From assembly GCA_031272995.1 (NCBI GenBank), contig JAISSY010000054.1, forward strand, positions 2,589 to 66,588: DNA of 64,000 nt. Reading direction: 5' to 3'. The notes under the pieces are model-generated. The model was not told where the DNA came from. It saw nothing but the letters and a program-made list of their open reading frames with translations, and searched no databases. The translations under genes were made by a program, and so were the position numbers. The stretch comes from Azoarcus sp. (GTDB taxonomy: Bacteria; Pseudomonadota; Gammaproteobacteria; Burkholderiales; Rhodocyclaceae). Positions 37,127 through 50,807 of the stretch are shown here, one piece after another. How positions within the stretch are numbered: position 1 is the first letter of the stretch; each line of letters starts with the position of its first letter.

Positions 37127-37153
37127 TGACTTTATGTTTCAGCCTTTTATAAT
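37126..37153 (+). promoter_or_regulatory. Sigma-70 promoter of tRNA-Leu
   Basis: TTGACT (37126-37131)-N16-TATAAT (37148-37153), followed by the GC-rich discriminator GCGCGCC. Confidence 0.8.
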
Positions 37154-37165
37154 GCGCGCCTCTTT

Positions 37166-37250
37166 GCCCAGATGGCGGAATTGGTAGACGCGCTAGTTTC
37201 AGGTACTAGTACCGCGAGGTGTGGAGGTTCGAGTCCTCTTCTGGGCACCA
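37166..37250 (+). tRNA. tRNA-Leu(CAG)
   Basis: Acceptor stem GCCCAGA/TCTGGGC, anticodon stem CTAGT-TTCAGGT-ACTAG, long variable arm, GGTTCGAGTCC, encoded CCA. Confidence 0.98.
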
Positions 37251-37260
37251 AATTTGCATA

Positions 37261-37296
37261 AAGGCCGAAACCGAGAGGTTCCGGCCTTTTTGTTTT
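37261..37296 (+). terminator. Intrinsic terminator after tRNA-Leu
   Basis: AAGGCCG-AAACC-GAGA-GGTT-CCGGCCTT followed by a T-tract. Confidence 0.85.
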
Positions 37297-37359
37297 GCAC
37301 GCATTGTAGGGGAAGATTGCCCCGGCGGACGACGAAAGCGTATTGCTACGCGCACAACG

Positions 37360-38115
37360 TCATTCCCCGAACGTGTAATCCCCGTTCGCCTCCACCCTCA
37401 CCCGTAGCGCCTTGCCGTCCGCCGTGTAGCGGTCGTAGCCCTGTTTGAGGTTGCGCCAGAAGGCGACCAGTTCGGGGTTGCGGCGGAATTGGGCGGCGTA
37501 GTCGTCCATGTTTTGCGCGCTCATGCGGAACGGAAAAATGTAGATGGGGATTTCTTGCTGGCCGCTGGCGCGGGCGTAGAGCGCGTAGAGGTAGATTTCT
37601 TCGATTTTGTCGTCGGTCATCGGCAGGCAACCGATGGTGACGCAATCGCCGTGGATGAAGATGTCGCCGCCCAAATCGGCGGCGTGGCTTTTGCGGCGGT
37701 CGGCGGCGTTGGGGTAGCTGACGCCGAGCGAGAGGTGGTAGCGGCTCGCCGGATTGAAGCGGTCGATGCGGTAGAAACCTTCCGGCACCTGCCGGTCGCC
37801 TTGCTTGCGCTTGGGGCCGAGCGCACCCGACGAGGTGCAAATGCGGTAGGCGGCGAACCGCTCGTAACGCGCGGCATCGGGGCGTTTGGCGTGGAGTTCG
37901 AGCACACCTTCGGCCTTGTAGGCGACGAACAAAACGTTGAGCGCCTGCGGCGACAGGCCACGCTCGCCCAACTTGCGGGTCAGCGCCTCGCCCTTGTCGC
38001 GCAAGGCGTCGCGCACGCGCGCCGATTGCTTTTGCCGGGTCAGGAAGTCGGTTGGTTCTTTGGCGACGGAGGGTGAAAACATGGCCAGCAGCGCCGCGAG
38101 AGGGGCGATAAGCAT
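37360..38115 (-). CDS. YkuD/L,D-transpeptidase-fold protein, YafK/DpaA-like (start uncertain: 38115 or 38214)
   Basis: GPKRKQGDRQVPEGFY and IFIHGDCVTIGC (His...Cys catalytic motif). Confidence 0.85.
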   Translation of the reverse strand: MLIAPLAALLAMFSPSVAKEPTDFLTRQKQSARVRDALRDKGEALTRKLGERGLSPQALNVLFVAYKAEGVLELHAKRPDAARYERFAAYRICTSSGALGPKRKQGDRQVPEGFYRIDRFNPASRYHLSLGVSYPNAADRRKSHAADLGGDIFIHGDCVTIGCLPMTDDKIEEIYLYALYARASGQQEIPIYIFPFRMSAQNMDDYAAQFRRNPELVAFWRNLKQGYDRYTADGKALRVRVEANGDYTFGE

Positions 38116-38214
38116 ACTTGCCGAGAACTTCTTGACCAATCGACGCAGCCATCGCGTCGTTTCGGCAAATCGACGGGATAAAAATCGGTCGGAAGTTGGG
38201 GGATTTTTTGCCAT

Positions 38215-38241
38215 AAAAAACGCGGCATTGCGCCGCGTTTT
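38215..38241. terminator. Bidirectional intrinsic terminator downstream of the LysM/BON gene
   Basis: AAAACGCGGC-ATTGC-GCCGCGTTTT. Confidence 0.75.
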
Positions 38242-38256
38242 GTCGGTTCAAAATAT

Positions 38257-38718
38257 TCAACCCAACGGCGGAATCCGCAGCACCCATCCGGGCAGGATGA
38301 GGTCGGGGTTCTTCACGGGCGGGGTGTTGGCCTTGACGATTTCGGTGTATTTGGCGCCGTTGCCTTTGCCGTAGTGGGCTTCGGCGATCTTCCACAGGGT
38401 GTCGCCCTTCTGCACGGTGTAGAACACGGCGGCGGGAGCGGGGGCGGCGACGGTGATTTGGTTGTCGACCGAGGCGACGCCGATGACGTTGCCGAGAGCG
38501 AGCACGGTTTTCTCGGCGATTTCGGTGGACGCCGCCGTGCCGGAGACCGTGACCTTGTCGCCGACGACCACGATGTTCAAACCGTCGATGACGAGGTTGT
38601 GGCTCTTGAGCGCCGCAGCCAGACTATCCGGCGTGGGCGCGGGGGGCGTGGCGGCCTTGGCGTCGCCGATGCCGAGCAATTTGGCGCCGACTTCCTTCAC
38701 GAAACTGAACAGACCCAT
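38257..38718 (-). CDS. BON + LysM protein (Kbp/YgaU-like)
   Basis: MGLFSFVKEVG N-terminus; LysM motif YTVQKGDTLWKIA...LILPGWVLRIP. Confidence 0.9.
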   Translation of the reverse strand: MGLFSFVKEVGAKLLGIGDAKAATPPAPTPDSLAAALKSHNLVIDGLNIVVVGDKVTVSGTAASTEIAEKTVLALGNVIGVASVDNQITVAAPAPAAVFYTVQKGDTLWKIAEAHYGKGNGAKYTEIVKANTPPVKNPDLILPGWVLRIPPLG

Positions 38719-38760
38719 GACTCTCTCCTGTGCTTGTTGTGACGGTGAAACGACGAACGA

Positions 38761-40071
<1,311 letters not shown>

Positions 40072-40074
40072 TTT

Positions 40075-41247
40075 TTACTCTCCCTCACTCTCTCCATCGA
40101 GCGCGACCACCGTCCAGCGGCCATCGCGTTGAATCAGTCGCCGGTCGCAGCCGGCTTCCCGCCATGTTCCTTCGTGTCCGGGCAAGGCGTCGACCACGGC
40201 CTCGCCCGCTTCTCGCAGACGCTCGACCTCGGCGCGCAGGGCGGCGTCGGTCGACACCGGGGCGAGAATCGCGCCGGGGGGCGTCGCGGCGGGCGCGCAT
40301 TGCGTGAGTTTGCGCAAATCGAGACTGAAGCCGGTGGCGGCGCGGCGGCGTCCGAAGGATTCGGCGACGCGGTCGTAGCGCCCGCCCAGAGCGAGCGCCT
40401 CCGGGGCGTCGCCGCCGTAGGCCGCGAACACGATGCCGCTGTGATAATGAAAGCCGCGCAAATCGGCAAGGTCGAACCCCAAGGGCAAATCGGGCAACTC
40501 GTCGGCCAGGCGGCGCAGGTCGGCGAGCGCGGCGGCGATTTCGGGAATGTCGGGCAAGGCGGCGCGGGCGGCGGCGAGCGTGTCGACGCCGCCGTAGAGT
40601 CCGGGCAAGGCGAGCAAGGCTTCGCGCGCCGGAGCGTCGACGTCGACGGCGGCGAGCAGGTCGCGCAGACCGGGCAAATCTTTGTGCTGAGTGAGATGGA
40701 AAGCTTCCTCGCGCGTCGCTTCGTCGAGACCGGCGCGGTCGGCGAGAGCGTGGAACAAGCCGACGTGGCCGATGTCGATGCGGGTCGCGGGCACGCCCGC
40801 CAAGCGCATGGCGGCGGCGAGCAGGCGCAGCACTTCCACGTCCGCCTCGATGCCGGCGTGACCGTAAAGCTCGGCGCCGAGTTGCAGCGGCTCGCGCGTC
40901 GCGGTGTAGGAAGTCGGGCGCGTGTGCAGCACGCTGCCGCAATAGCACAGGCGCGTCACTCCGGCACGGTTGAGCAAGTGAGCGTCGATGCGCGTCACCT
41001 GCGGCGTCATGTCGGCGCGCACGCCCATGGTGCGACCGGAGATTTGGTCGACGAGTTGAAAGGTGCGCAGACCAAGGTCGCGCCCGGCGCCGGTGGTGAG
41101 GGCGTCGAGATATTCGATCAGGGGCGGCGTCACCAGTTGATAGCCACGGGCGTGGAAGGCGTCGAGCAGGCGACGGCGCAGGGCTTCGAGCCGGGCGGCT
41201 TCGTCGGGCAGCACGTCCTGAATGTAGTCGGGCAATATCCAGCGCAT
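40075..41247 (-). CDS. hisZ: ATP phosphoribosyltransferase regulatory subunit
   Basis: HisRS-like paralog ([13 protein letters not shown]) located between hflC and purA. Confidence 0.93.
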   Translation of the reverse strand: MRWILPDYIQDVLPDEAARLEALRRRLLDAFHARGYQLVTPPLIEYLDALTTGAGRDLGLRTFQLVDQISGRTMGVRADMTPQVTRIDAHLLNRAGVTRLCYCGSVLHTRPTSYTATREPLQLGAELYGHAGIEADVEVLRLLAAAMRLAGVPATRIDIGHVGLFHALADRAGLDEATREEAFHLTQHKDLPGLRDLLAAVDVDAPAREALLALPGLYGGVDTLAAARAALPDIPEIAAALADLRRLADELPDLPLGFDLADLRGFHYHSGIVFAAYGGDAPEALALGGRYDRVAESFGRRRAATGFSLDLRKLTQCAPAATPPGAILAPVSTDAALRAEVERLREAGEAVVDALPGHEGTWREAGCDRRLIQRDGRWTVVALDGESEGE

Positions 41248-41250
41248 CGG

Positions 41251-41448
41251 TTATCGTTTCCAGACGGTCGAAAGCAAAAAGAGCAGCACCCCGGCGCTGA
41301 ACGCCAGCAGGCCGACGTAGCGCAACTGGCCGTCCTTCATGGCGGTGAGCAGGGTAAACGCCTCGCGCCAGACGCGGGGCGCGAGCAGCGGCAGCGCGCC
41401 CTCGAAGATCAACATCAAGGCGATGGCGGTGAGCAGTGTGTCGCCCAT
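41251..41448 (-). CDS. DUF2065 family small membrane protein
   Basis: ALMLIFEG...LRYVG; conserved position after hflC. Confidence 0.85.
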   Translation of the reverse strand: MGDTLLTAIALMLIFEGALPLLAPRVWREAFTLLTAMKDGQLRYVGLLAFSAGVLLFLLSTVWKR

Positions 41449-41461
41449 CGTGGCTCGGTTC

Positions 41462-42337
41462 TCAGCGTCTGCCGGAGGGCGCTTTCAGGTATTTGAAGAA
41501 ATCCGCGTCGGGGGCGACGACGATGATGTCGTCCTTGCCGGCGAAGCTGGCGCGGTACGCCTCCAGACTGCGGTAGAAGGAATAGAACTCCGGATCCGCC
41601 CCGTAGGCTTCGGCGTAAATCGCCGCCGCCTTGGCGTCGCCCTCGCCCTTGGTCTTGAGCGCCTCGGCGTTGGCCTCGGCTTCGATCACCTCGCGCTGGC
41701 GGTCGGCGTCGGCGCGGATGCGCTCGGCGTCGGCGGCGCCCTTGGCGCGGCGTTCGTTGGCGACGCGCTTGCGTTCGGCCTCCATCCTCGAATAAACGTT
41801 GCTCGCCACTTCGGTCGGGTATTCGACGCGCTTCAGGCGCACGTCGACGATTTCGATGCCGATGGTGCGCGCGTCCTTGTCGGCGCGCTCGTTCATCTGG
41901 CGCATGATGACGTCGCGCTCGGAGGAAATCACGTCATGCACGGTGCGCTTGCCGAATTCCTCGCGCAACCCGGCGTTGACCGCCTGATTGAGACGGATGG
42001 TGGCGCGCGCTTCGTCGCCGGCGACCGCTTGGTAATAAAGCAGCGGATCGACGATGCGCCATTTGATGAAGTAGTCGACGATGACGTTCTGCTTCTCGGA
42101 AGTGAGGAAGCGTTCGGATTCGGACGAATCCATCGTCAGGATGCGGCTGTCGAAGTAGAGCACGTTCTGGATGAGCGGCAGCTTGAACTTCAGACCCGGT
42201 TCCTTGATGACTTCCTTGGGTTCGCCGAACTGGAGCACGACGGCGAACTGGCGCTGGTCGACGACGAACAGCGACATGGCGGCAACGCCGAGCAACACGA
42301 TGAGCACGGCGAAAAATACGGTCAGTTTGTCGCGCAT
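41462..42337 (-). CDS. hflC: FtsH modulator HflC
   Basis: SPFH domain; PGLKFKLP, RMEAER, FYSFYRSLEAY. Confidence 0.95.
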   Translation of the reverse strand: MRDKLTVFFAVLIVLLGVAAMSLFVVDQRQFAVVLQFGEPKEVIKEPGLKFKLPLIQNVLYFDSRILTMDSSESERFLTSEKQNVIVDYFIKWRIVDPLLYYQAVAGDEARATIRLNQAVNAGLREEFGKRTVHDVISSERDVIMRQMNERADKDARTIGIEIVDVRLKRVEYPTEVASNVYSRMEAERKRVANERRAKGAADAERIRADADRQREVIEAEANAEALKTKGEGDAKAAAIYAEAYGADPEFYSFYRSLEAYRASFAGKDDIIVVAPDADFFKYLKAPSGRR

Positions 42338-43536
42338 CAGCGGTCTCCCCGTTCACGGTCGCGCATCAGGTCACGGTCGCGCGGGCTGGAAGTCGATGAA
42401 CCCGACTGCGTCAGCGCCGGGGACGTAAGGGTTTGCGTCGTCGACGGCGCGGCGGCGTGGCTCTCCGCCGCCTGACGGACGATCTTGTCCAGCGGCAGGT
42501 ACAGCATGTTGTTGCTGCTCTTGCTGTCGATCATCACCTTGCTGGTGTTGGAGAACACCTGCTGCACGGCGTCGAGGTACATGCGTTCGCGCGTCACTTG
42601 CGGGGCGCGCTTGTATTCGGTGAGCACCTGCCGGAAGCGCGACGATTCGCCCTCGGCGGCGGCGACGACACGGGCGCGGTAAGCCTCGGCGTCGGCGCGC
42701 AGGCGCGCGGCGCGACCTTGCGCCTTCGGAATCACGTCGTTGGCGTAGGCTTCGCCCTCGTTCTTTTGCCGCTCCCAGTCCTGCGTGGCGCGGGTGGCGT
42801 CGTCGAAGGCGGCCTGCACCTGTTCGGGCGGCTGCACTTCTTCCATGGTGACGCGGCTCACCTGAATGCCGGCCTTGTAGCGGTTGAGGATGTCCTGAAT
42901 CAGCTTCAACGCCGATTCGGCGATCTGTTCGCGCCCCTCGTAGAGCACGAAGTCCATTTTGTTTTTGCCGACGATCTCGCGCATCGTGGTTTCGGCGATC
43001 TGGCGCACGAATTCCTCGTTGGGAGAGCGGTTCTCGAAAACGTGGTCGCGCGGGTCGTTGAGCACGTATTGCACCGCGAACTGCACGTTGACGATGTTGA
43101 GGTCGTCGGTGAGCATCAGGGCGCGGGCGTTGCCGCGACTGCCGACCGAGACGGTGCGCAGGCCGGTGAGGTCGACGATTTCGTTCGACTCGAACGGACG
43201 CGGGAAGCGCCAGTGCAAACCCGGCTCGGTGGTGTAGACGTAGCGACCCAAACGCAGCACGACGCCGCGTTCGTTGGTGTCGACGATGTAGAAGCCGCTC
43301 GCCAGCCAGACGACGAGCGCCAGCACGATGAGCGCGCCCAAGCCGCCGCCGAACTGGCGCGGCGTCAGGTTCGGAGCTTGCGGGCCGTTGCCGTTGGATC
43401 CATTGGGTCCAACGGGGCCGGGGCCGCGCTTGCGGCCGAACATGCCGGCCAGACGTTTGTTGAAGTCCTGCCAGATTTCTTCGAGATCGGGCGGCCCCTG
43501 ATTGTCTCCGCGCCGACCGGGGTCGTTTAGTGACAT
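42337..43536 (-). CDS. hflK: FtsH modulator HflK
   Basis: MSLNDP...GPPDLEE, PGLHW, VTRERMYL. Confidence 0.95.
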   Translation of the reverse strand: MSLNDPGRRGDNQGPPDLEEIWQDFNKRLAGMFGRKRGPGPVGPNGSNGNGPQAPNLTPRQFGGGLGALIVLALVVWLASGFYIVDTNERGVVLRLGRYVYTTEPGLHWRFPRPFESNEIVDLTGLRTVSVGSRGNARALMLTDDLNIVNVQFAVQYVLNDPRDHVFENRSPNEEFVRQIAETTMREIVGKNKMDFVLYEGREQIAESALKLIQDILNRYKAGIQVSRVTMEEVQPPEQVQAAFDDATRATQDWERQKNEGEAYANDVIPKAQGRAARLRADAEAYRARVVAAAEGESSRFRQVLTEYKRAPQVTRERMYLDAVQQVFSNTSKVMIDSKSSNNMLYLPLDKIVRQAAESHAAAPSTTQTLTSPALTQSGSSTSSPRDRDLMRDRERGDR

Positions 43537-43550
43537 ATGAATGCCTTTGG

Positions 43551-44708
<1,158 letters not shown>

Positions 44709-44737
44709 GGGGTTTCAAGACGCGATGCGGCGAGAAA

Positions 44738-44989
44738 TCAGTCGCCGCCCCCCTCGCCGCCTTCCTGTTGCTGGATGGTGACCGCACGACCCGGCACGAC
44801 GGTGGAAATCGCGTGCTTGTAGACCATCTGGGTCACGGTGTTTTTCAGCAACACTACGTACTGGTCGAAGGATTCGATCTGTCCTTGCAACTTGATGCCG
44901 TTGACCAGATAGATAGAAACCGGAACATGCTCGCGACGCAGCGTGTTCAGGAACGGGTCTTGTAAAAGCTGGCCCTTATTGTTGCTCAT
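44738..44989 (-). CDS. hfq: RNA chaperone Hfq
   Basis: LQDPFLN...YKHAISTV. Confidence 0.98.
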   Translation of the reverse strand: MSNNKGQLLQDPFLNTLRREHVPVSIYLVNGIKLQGQIESFDQYVVLLKNTVTQMVYKHAISTVVPGRAVTIQQQEGGEGGGD

Positions 44990-45086
44990 CGTGGAACCTC
45001 GGTACTTTTGTGGTTATGGAAATTTGGGCGCCCATGAAAGCGCCAGATGTGAGTATGCGACGGAACAGTCTCGTAGGTACAGCGAC

Positions 45087-46427
45087 TTATGTCAAATCCC
45101 GTGATTTGTGCGCATACGGATTGTGCGCGGTGCGGAACTGGATGCGCAGCGGCGTGCCTTGCAGTTTGAAGGCTTCCATGAAAACGCGCTCCAGATAACG
45201 CACGTAGGTTTCCGGCACGCTCTCCAGCGAGGTGCCGTGGATGACGATCACCGGCGGATTCATGCCGCCCTGATGAGCGTAGCGCAGCTTGGGTCGCGCC
45301 ATGCCGGCGCGCGGCGGCGCCTGCCGGGCGACGGCGGTTTGCAGCACGCGGGTCAGGCGCGGGGTGGCGAGCTTGGCCATCGCGGCGGCGTAGGCGGCGT
45401 CGACCGATTTCAACAGCGCGCCGACGCCGCTCGATTTGAGCGCCGAGACGTGGTGCAAACGCGCGAAGGACAGAAAACCGAGCTTCCTCGTCACTTCCAG
45501 CTTGACGCGCTCGCGGCGATAGTCGTCGACGGCGTCCCACTTGTTGATCGCCAACACCAGCGCCCTGCCCGACTCCAGCACGAAGCCGGCGATGCGCGCA
45601 TCCTGATCGGAAATGTCCTGCGCCGCGTCGAGCACCAGCACGACGACATTGGCTTCCTCGATGGCTTGCAGGGTTTTCACCACCGAGAATTTCTCCACCG
45701 ATTCGAACACCTTGCCGCGCCGCCGCAGTCCGGCGGTGTCGATGAGCGTGTAAGGGCGGCCGTTGCGCTCGAACGGGATGGCGATGGCGTCGCGCGTCGT
45801 GCCGGGCAAATCGAAGGCGATGACGCGCTCCTCGCCCAGCAGGGCGTTGACCAGCGTCGACTTGCCGACGTTGGGGCGGCCGACGATGGCGACGCGCGGG
45901 CCGCGCTCGGCGGCGTCCTCGTCCTCGCCGTCAACCGGGAACGGCGCCAGCACGAGGTCGATCAAGGCGCGCACGCCCTCGCCGTGCGCCGCCGAAACCG
46001 GCAGCGGGTCGCCGAGTCCGAGGGCGTGGAATTCGGCGGCGGCAAGCGAGCGATCCTTGCCTTCGGTCTTGTTCACCACCAAATGCACCGGGCGACCGGC
46101 GCGCCGCAACAGCACGGCGATTTGTTCGTCGTGCGGCGTCAACCCGGCGCGACCGTCGACCAGAAAGAGCAGCACGTCGGCTTCGGCGATGGCTTGCTCG
46201 GCCTGCCGCGCCATCTCGTGCATGATGCCCGTTTTGGCCACCGGGTCGAAGCCGGCGGTGTCGACGACGATGTAGTCGCGCTCGCCGACGCGCCCGACGC
46301 CGTAATGGCGGTCGCGCGTCAGCCCCGGCTGATCGGCGACCAGCGCGTCGCGCGTGCGCGTCAGGCGGTTGAACAGGGTCGATTTGCCGACGTTGGGGCG
46401 ACCGACCAGGACGATGGTGGGTTTCAC
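45087..46427 (-). CDS. der: Ribosome biogenesis GTPase Der
   Basis: Two GRPNVGKS G-domains plus a KH-like C-terminus. Confidence 0.97.
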   Translation of the reverse strand: MKPTIVLVGRPNVGKSTLFNRLTRTRDALVADQPGLTRDRHYGVGRVGERDYIVVDTAGFDPVAKTGIMHEMARQAEQAIAEADVLLFLVDGRAGLTPHDEQIAVLLRRAGRPVHLVVNKTEGKDRSLAAAEFHALGLGDPLPVSAAHGEGVRALIDLVLAPFPVDGEDEDAAERGPRVAIVGRPNVGKSTLVNALLGEERVIAFDLPGTTRDAIAIPFERNGRPYTLIDTAGLRRRGKVFESVEKFSVVKTLQAIEEANVVVLVLDAAQDISDQDARIAGFVLESGRALVLAINKWDAVDDYRRERVKLEVTRKLGFLSFARLHHVSALKSSGVGALLKSVDAAYAAAMAKLATPRLTRVLQTAVARQAPPRAGMARPKLRYAHQGGMNPPVIVIHGTSLESVPETYVRYLERVFMEAFKLQGTPLRIQFRTAHNPYAHKSRDLT

Positions 46428-46457
46428 GGCAAAGCGCCGTCCGTCGCGGCGCGACGC

Positions 46458-47582
46458 TCAGTGCCGCACTTCATAGGCCACGACGTCGCCGTCGAGCGTC
46501 TGCACGACAAAGCCGTTGCCGAGCGGTCGCGGGTCGGCGACGATGGCGCTACGGTCGGCACGGGCGCGCGCGGCGAAGTTGCCGGTTTCGCGACCGAGCA
46601 CATGCACGTAGCCCTCGACGTCGCCCACCACTACGTAGTCGCCGGCGATCAGCGGCCGCGAAAGGCCGCGACGCGGCAGCGCGTCCTGCCGCCAGACGGT
46701 GACGCCGCTATAGACGTCGAGCGCCTGCACCGAATCGCGCTCGTCGACCAGCACCGCGAAACGGGTGTCGCGATCCATGCCGACGTGCGAGGAAAAATCG
46801 CGTCCCCACAACTGGTTGCCGTTGCTGGCGTCGAAGCAGGCGGCGCGTCCCTGATAGGTCACCGCGCACACTTCGCTGCGCCCGACCACCGGCGTGCCGG
46901 CAACGTCGGCGACGCGTTCGAGTTCGGTGGCGCCGCGCGGACGGGCAATGCTCAATTCCCAGATGTTGCCGCCGTGCTCCAGACTCACCGCCACCACCTT
47001 GCCGCCGGGGAAGCCGACGAGGGCGACCTGTTCGACGATCAACATGCCGGCGTGACTGCGTAGCGCCAACGGCGGCATGTTACGTTGATAGAGCCAGCGC
47101 TGCTGGCCGTTTTTGGCTTCGAGCGCGATCAGACGATGGTCAGAGGTGCGCAACACCACGACGCCGCCGCCGACGGCTGGCGGCGCCAGCACTTCGGCGC
47201 GGATGTTGGCGCGCCAGAGTTCCTTGCCGGATTTGGCCTCGAGCGCGATGACTTCGCCCTTGGCGCTCACCACCGCGACGAGCGCGCCGTCGGAGCCGAC
47301 GCCGGCCGAAAGCTCGGCGCGCACGTCGACGCTCCATGTCTTTTTACCGCCGTCGATGCGCACCACGTCGCCGTCGCCGGAGGCGGCATAGACGCTCTCG
47401 CCGACCACGACGGGCTGGAACACGTTGCCGTCGGCGTCGCCGACCGAGACGCTCCACAGTTTGTGCAACTGGACGGAGGGCTTGAAATCGACCAGATCGG
47501 CGGGCCCCGGCGTGGACGAGCAAGCGGAGAGCAGAGCCACAACGGCCAGCGGCAATAAACGGCGCAACGGTTCGATACTCAT
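46458..47582 (-). CDS. bamB: Outer-membrane assembly lipoprotein BamB
   Basis: Lipobox LSAC, beta-propeller repeats, GATELERVADV. Confidence 0.93.
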   Translation of the reverse strand: MSIEPLRRLLPLAVVALLSACSSTPGPADLVDFKPSVQLHKLWSVSVGDADGNVFQPVVVGESVYAASGDGDVVRIDGGKKTWSVDVRAELSAGVGSDGALVAVVSAKGEVIALEAKSGKELWRANIRAEVLAPPAVGGGVVVLRTSDHRLIALEAKNGQQRWLYQRNMPPLALRSHAGMLIVEQVALVGFPGGKVVAVSLEHGGNIWELSIARPRGATELERVADVAGTPVVGRSEVCAVTYQGRAACFDASNGNQLWGRDFSSHVGMDRDTRFAVLVDERDSVQALDVYSGVTVWRQDALPRRGLSRPLIAGDYVVVGDVEGYVHVLGRETGNFAARARADRSAIVADPRPLGNGFVVQTLDGDVVAYEVRH

Positions 47583-47585
47583 CGT

Positions 47586-48233
47586 TCAACCTTCCAGCGA
47601 TTCGAGTTTGGCGCGAATGACGTCGGCCAGCGGCGCGGCATCGGCTTTGGCGTCGCCGCCCAAGGCGTTGAGCGCCGCCTGCCAAGCGGCGCGGGCCTCG
47701 GCGGGCTTGCCGAGCGTGGCGAGCGCGTCGCCGCGCAAATCCTCGAAGCGGGCGCGCCACGGGCCGTCCGGCGCCGCTTGCAGCCGCTCCAGCGCCGCCG
47801 CCGCGTCGCCCTTTTGCAGCAACACCGCCGCCAGCCGCAAGCGCGCCAAGGCGCGCAGTTCGGGGTCTTTGCCCTTGTCGGCCGCCCATTCGAGTTGCGG
47901 CAGCGCGTTGTCGAGATCGTTCTTCTTGAATTGCGCCCCGGCCGAGAGCAGCGCGCCCAGTTGCGCCTGCGCCGTGCCGCCGTAGTCGCCGACCAGACGA
48001 CCGGCGATTTCACGCGCTTTCTGTTCGTCGCCGTGCGCCGCCGCCTGCTGCAATTCGGCGTAGAGCGCGCCCGCCTCGCCCGCTTTGCCGCTCTGGTAGC
48101 GTCCCCAGAACGTCCAGCCCGCGAAACCGACCGCCGCCGCCAACAGCACGCCGACGATCAGGTTGCCGTATTGACCCCACCAGGCCTTGATCTCGGCAAT
48201 CTGTTCCTGTTCTTCCAAATCATAAACTGCCAT
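47586..48233 (-). CDS. YfgM-family TPR membrane protein
   Basis: [16 protein letters not shown]...G motif; position between hisS and bamB. Confidence 0.9.
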   Translation of the reverse strand: MAVYDLEEQEQIAEIKAWWGQYGNLIVGVLLAAAVGFAGWTFWGRYQSGKAGEAGALYAELQQAAAHGDEQKAREIAGRLVGDYGGTAQAQLGALLSAGAQFKKNDLDNALPQLEWAADKGKDPELRALARLRLAAVLLQKGDAAAALERLQAAPDGPWRARFEDLRGDALATLGKPAEARAAWQAALNALGGDAKADAAPLADVIRAKLESLEG

Positions 48234-49554
48234 CGCTTGCTCCTTCTTCGTCGCCCTCGTCCTCGTGAGCGCCGCTATATAGCATGTCCGCCACCGTTTC
48301 CGACAGCGTGGCGAACGAAACGCGCCGTTGCGCGCCGCCGCCGCGCAGCGGTTTGATCGAAACTTCTCCGGCGGCGGCCTCGTCGTCGCCGACCAACACC
48401 GCCAGCGGCGCGCCGCTGGCGTCCGCCTTCTTCATCTGCGACTTGAAACTGCCGCCGCCGCAATGCAGCGTCACGTCGAGTCCAATGTCGCGCAAGGCTT
48501 CGGCGGCGCGGAAAGCCAGCTTTTGCGCGCCCTCGCCCTGATTGACCACATAGATGTCGGGCGCCGGGCGTTCGGCGATGACTTCGGCTTCGCCACCCTC
48601 GCGCCACAGGGCCAGCAGACGCTCGACCCCCATGGCGAACCCGGCCGCCGGAGTGGGTTTGCCGCCCAGTTGCTCGACCAGCCCGTCGTAACGGCCGCCG
48701 GCGCAGACGGTGCCCTGCGCGCCGAGGCGGTCGGTCACCCACTCGAAAACGGTGCGATTGTAATAGTCGAGACCGCGCACGAGGCGATGATTGATGCGAT
48801 AAGCGACGCCGGCTTCGTCGAGCAGCGCCCGCAGCGCCTCGAAATGGGCGCGCGACTCGTCGCCGAGGTAGTCGGCCAGTTTCGGCGCCGCTTCGACGAG
48901 TTCCTGCAAGGCAGGAGTCTTGGTGTCGAGAATGCGCAGCGGATTGGCGTGCAGTCGCCGCTTGCCGTCCTCGTCGAGCTTGTCCTCATGCGCTTCGAGA
49001 TAAGCGACGAGCGCTTCGCGGTGAGCCGCACGCTCCGCCGCCGAACCGAGCGAATTCAGTTCGAGGCGGATGTCGGTCAGCCCCAGTTGTCCCCACAGGC
49101 GCGCGCCCATGAGTATCAATTCGGCGTCGATGTCCGGCCCGGCGAAGCCGAGCGCCTCGGCGCCAATCTGGTGGAACTGGCGATAGCGCCCTTTTTGCGG
49201 GCGCTCGTGGCGAAACATCGGCCCTTGGTAATACAGGCGTTGCGGGCCGCCCGCCGCCACCAGATTGTGTTCGATGGCGGCGCGCACGCAGCCGGCGGTG
49301 CCTTCCGGGCGCAAGGTGAGTAGTTCGCCGTTCAGCGCGTCGGCGAAGGAATACATCTCTTTTTCGACGATGTCGGTGACTTCGCCGATGGCGCGACAAA
49401 ACAGCGGCGTCGGCTCGACGATGGGCATACGGATGGGTCGATAGCCGTAGCCCTTGAGCCAGTCGCGGACGATGTCCTCGAAGTTTTCCCAGGTTTCGGC
49501 CTCGTCGGGCAGGATGTCGTTCATCCCGCGCACGGCCTGCAAATTTTGACTCAT
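48220..49554 (-). CDS. hisS: Histidine--tRNA ligase
   Basis: [33 protein letters not shown]. Confidence 0.97.
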   Translation of the reverse strand: MSQNLQAVRGMNDILPDEAETWENFEDIVRDWLKGYGYRPIRMPIVEPTPLFCRAIGEVTDIVEKEMYSFADALNGELLTLRPEGTAGCVRAAIEHNLVAAGGPQRLYYQGPMFRHERPQKGRYRQFHQIGAEALGFAGPDIDAELILMGARLWGQLGLTDIRLELNSLGSAAERAAHREALVAYLEAHEDKLDEDGKRRLHANPLRILDTKTPALQELVEAAPKLADYLGDESRAHFEALRALLDEAGVAYRINHRLVRGLDYYNRTVFEWVTDRLGAQGTVCAGGRYDGLVEQLGGKPTPAAGFAMGVERLLALWREGGEAEVIAERPAPDIYVVNQGEGAQKLAFRAAEALRDIGLDVTLHCGGGSFKSQMKKADASGAPLAVLVGDDEAAAGEVSIKPLRGGGAQRRVSFATLSETVADMLYSGAHEDEGDEEGASDGSL

Positions 49555-49583
49555 TGTTCGGTACTGTTTTTGTGTTGGGGGGG

Positions 49584-50807
49584 TTAAGCGGATTTGTGAG
49601 CGTAGCGCCTCGCCACGTAATCGTCGACCAACGCGATGAACTCCGCCGCGAGGTCGCCGCCGCGCAGGGTAACGGTTTTCTGCCCGTCGATAAATACCGG
49701 CGCCGCCGGAGACTCGCCGGTGCCGGGCAACGAAATGCCAACGTCGGCGTGGCGACTCTCGCCGGGGCCATTGACGATGCAGCCCATCACCGCCAGCTTC
49801 ATGTTCTCGACGCCCGGATAATTTTCCCGCCATTGCGGCATCCGTTCGCGGACATGACTCTGGACGCGGGCGGCGAGTTCCTGAAAGAGCGTGCTGGTGG
49901 TGCGTCCGCAGCCGGGACAGGCCGTCACCAGCGGCACGAAGGCGCGCAAGCCCATGGTCTGCAGAATTTCCTGCGCCACCACCACTTCCTGCGCGCGGCT
50001 GCCGCCCGGTTCCGGGGTGAGCGAGACGCGAATCGTGTCGCCGATGCCCTCTTGCAACAGCACCGCCAGCGCGGCGGTGGAGGCGACGATGCCCTTGCTG
50101 CCCATGCCGGCCTCGGTCAGTCCGAGATGGAGCGGATACTCGCAACGCCGCGCCAGTTCGCGATAGACGGCAATCAAATCCTGCACCGTCGACACCTTGG
50201 CCGAGAGCACGATATGGTCGGCGGGCAGGCCGAGTTTTTCGGCCTGCGCGGCGGATTCGAGCGCCGAGCGCACCAGCGCCTCGCGCATCACCGCGTCGAG
50301 CGGCAGCGGTTCGGCGCGCGCGGCGTTTTCGTCCATCGCTCGCGCCAACACCGCTTGGTCGAGGCTGCCCCAATTGACGCCGATACGCACCGGCTTGTCG
50401 TGACGGCAGGCGATTTCGACGATGGCGGCGAATTGCGTGTCGCGGCGCGAGCCGGCGCCGACGTTGCCCGGATTGATGCGCAGCTTGGCGAGCGCCTCGG
50501 CACAGGCAGGATATTTTGCGAGCAGCGCGTGGCCGTTGTAGTGGAAATCCCCCACCAGCGGCACGTCGACGCCTTGCGCGGCCAACCGTTCGCGGATGCG
50601 CGGCACGGCGCGCGCGGCGTCTTCGTTGTTGACGGTGAGGCGCACCAGTTCCGAACCGGCGCGCGCCAGTTCGGCCACCTGCGCGACGCTCGCCTCCACG
50701 TCGGCGGTGTCGGTGTTGGTCATCGACTGCACGACGACCGGCGCGCCGCCGCCGAGCGCCACGCCGCCGACGCGCACGAGATGAGTGCTGCGACGCGGCG
50801 GCGTCAT
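49584..50807 (-). CDS. ispG: HMBPP synthase
   Basis: [30 protein letters not shown]; ATG overlaps the rodZ stop. Confidence 0.97.
   Translation of the reverse strand: MTPPRRSTHLVRVGGVALGGGAPVVVQSMTNTDTADVEASVAQVAELARAGSELVRLTVNNEDAARAVPRIRERLAAQGVDVPLVGDFHYNGHALLAKYPACAEALAKLRINPGNVGAGSRRDTQFAAIVEIACRHDKPVRIGVNWGSLDQAVLARAMDENAARAEPLPLDAVMREALVRSALESAAQAEKLGLPADHIVLSAKVSTVQDLIAVYRELARRCEYPLHLGLTEAGMGSKGIVASTAALAVLLQEGIGDTIRVSLTPEPGGSRAQEVVVAQEILQTMGLRAFVPLVTACPGCGRTTSTLFQELAARVQSHVRERMPQWRENYPGVENMKLAVMGCIVNGPGESRHADVGISLPGTGESPAAPVFIDGQKTVTLRGGDLAAEFIALVDDYVARRYAHKSA

Noticed and set aside
37166-38718. Possible integrative element at tRNA-Leu
   Set aside because: No integrase, and I found no duplicate of the tRNA 3' end (att site) in the window.
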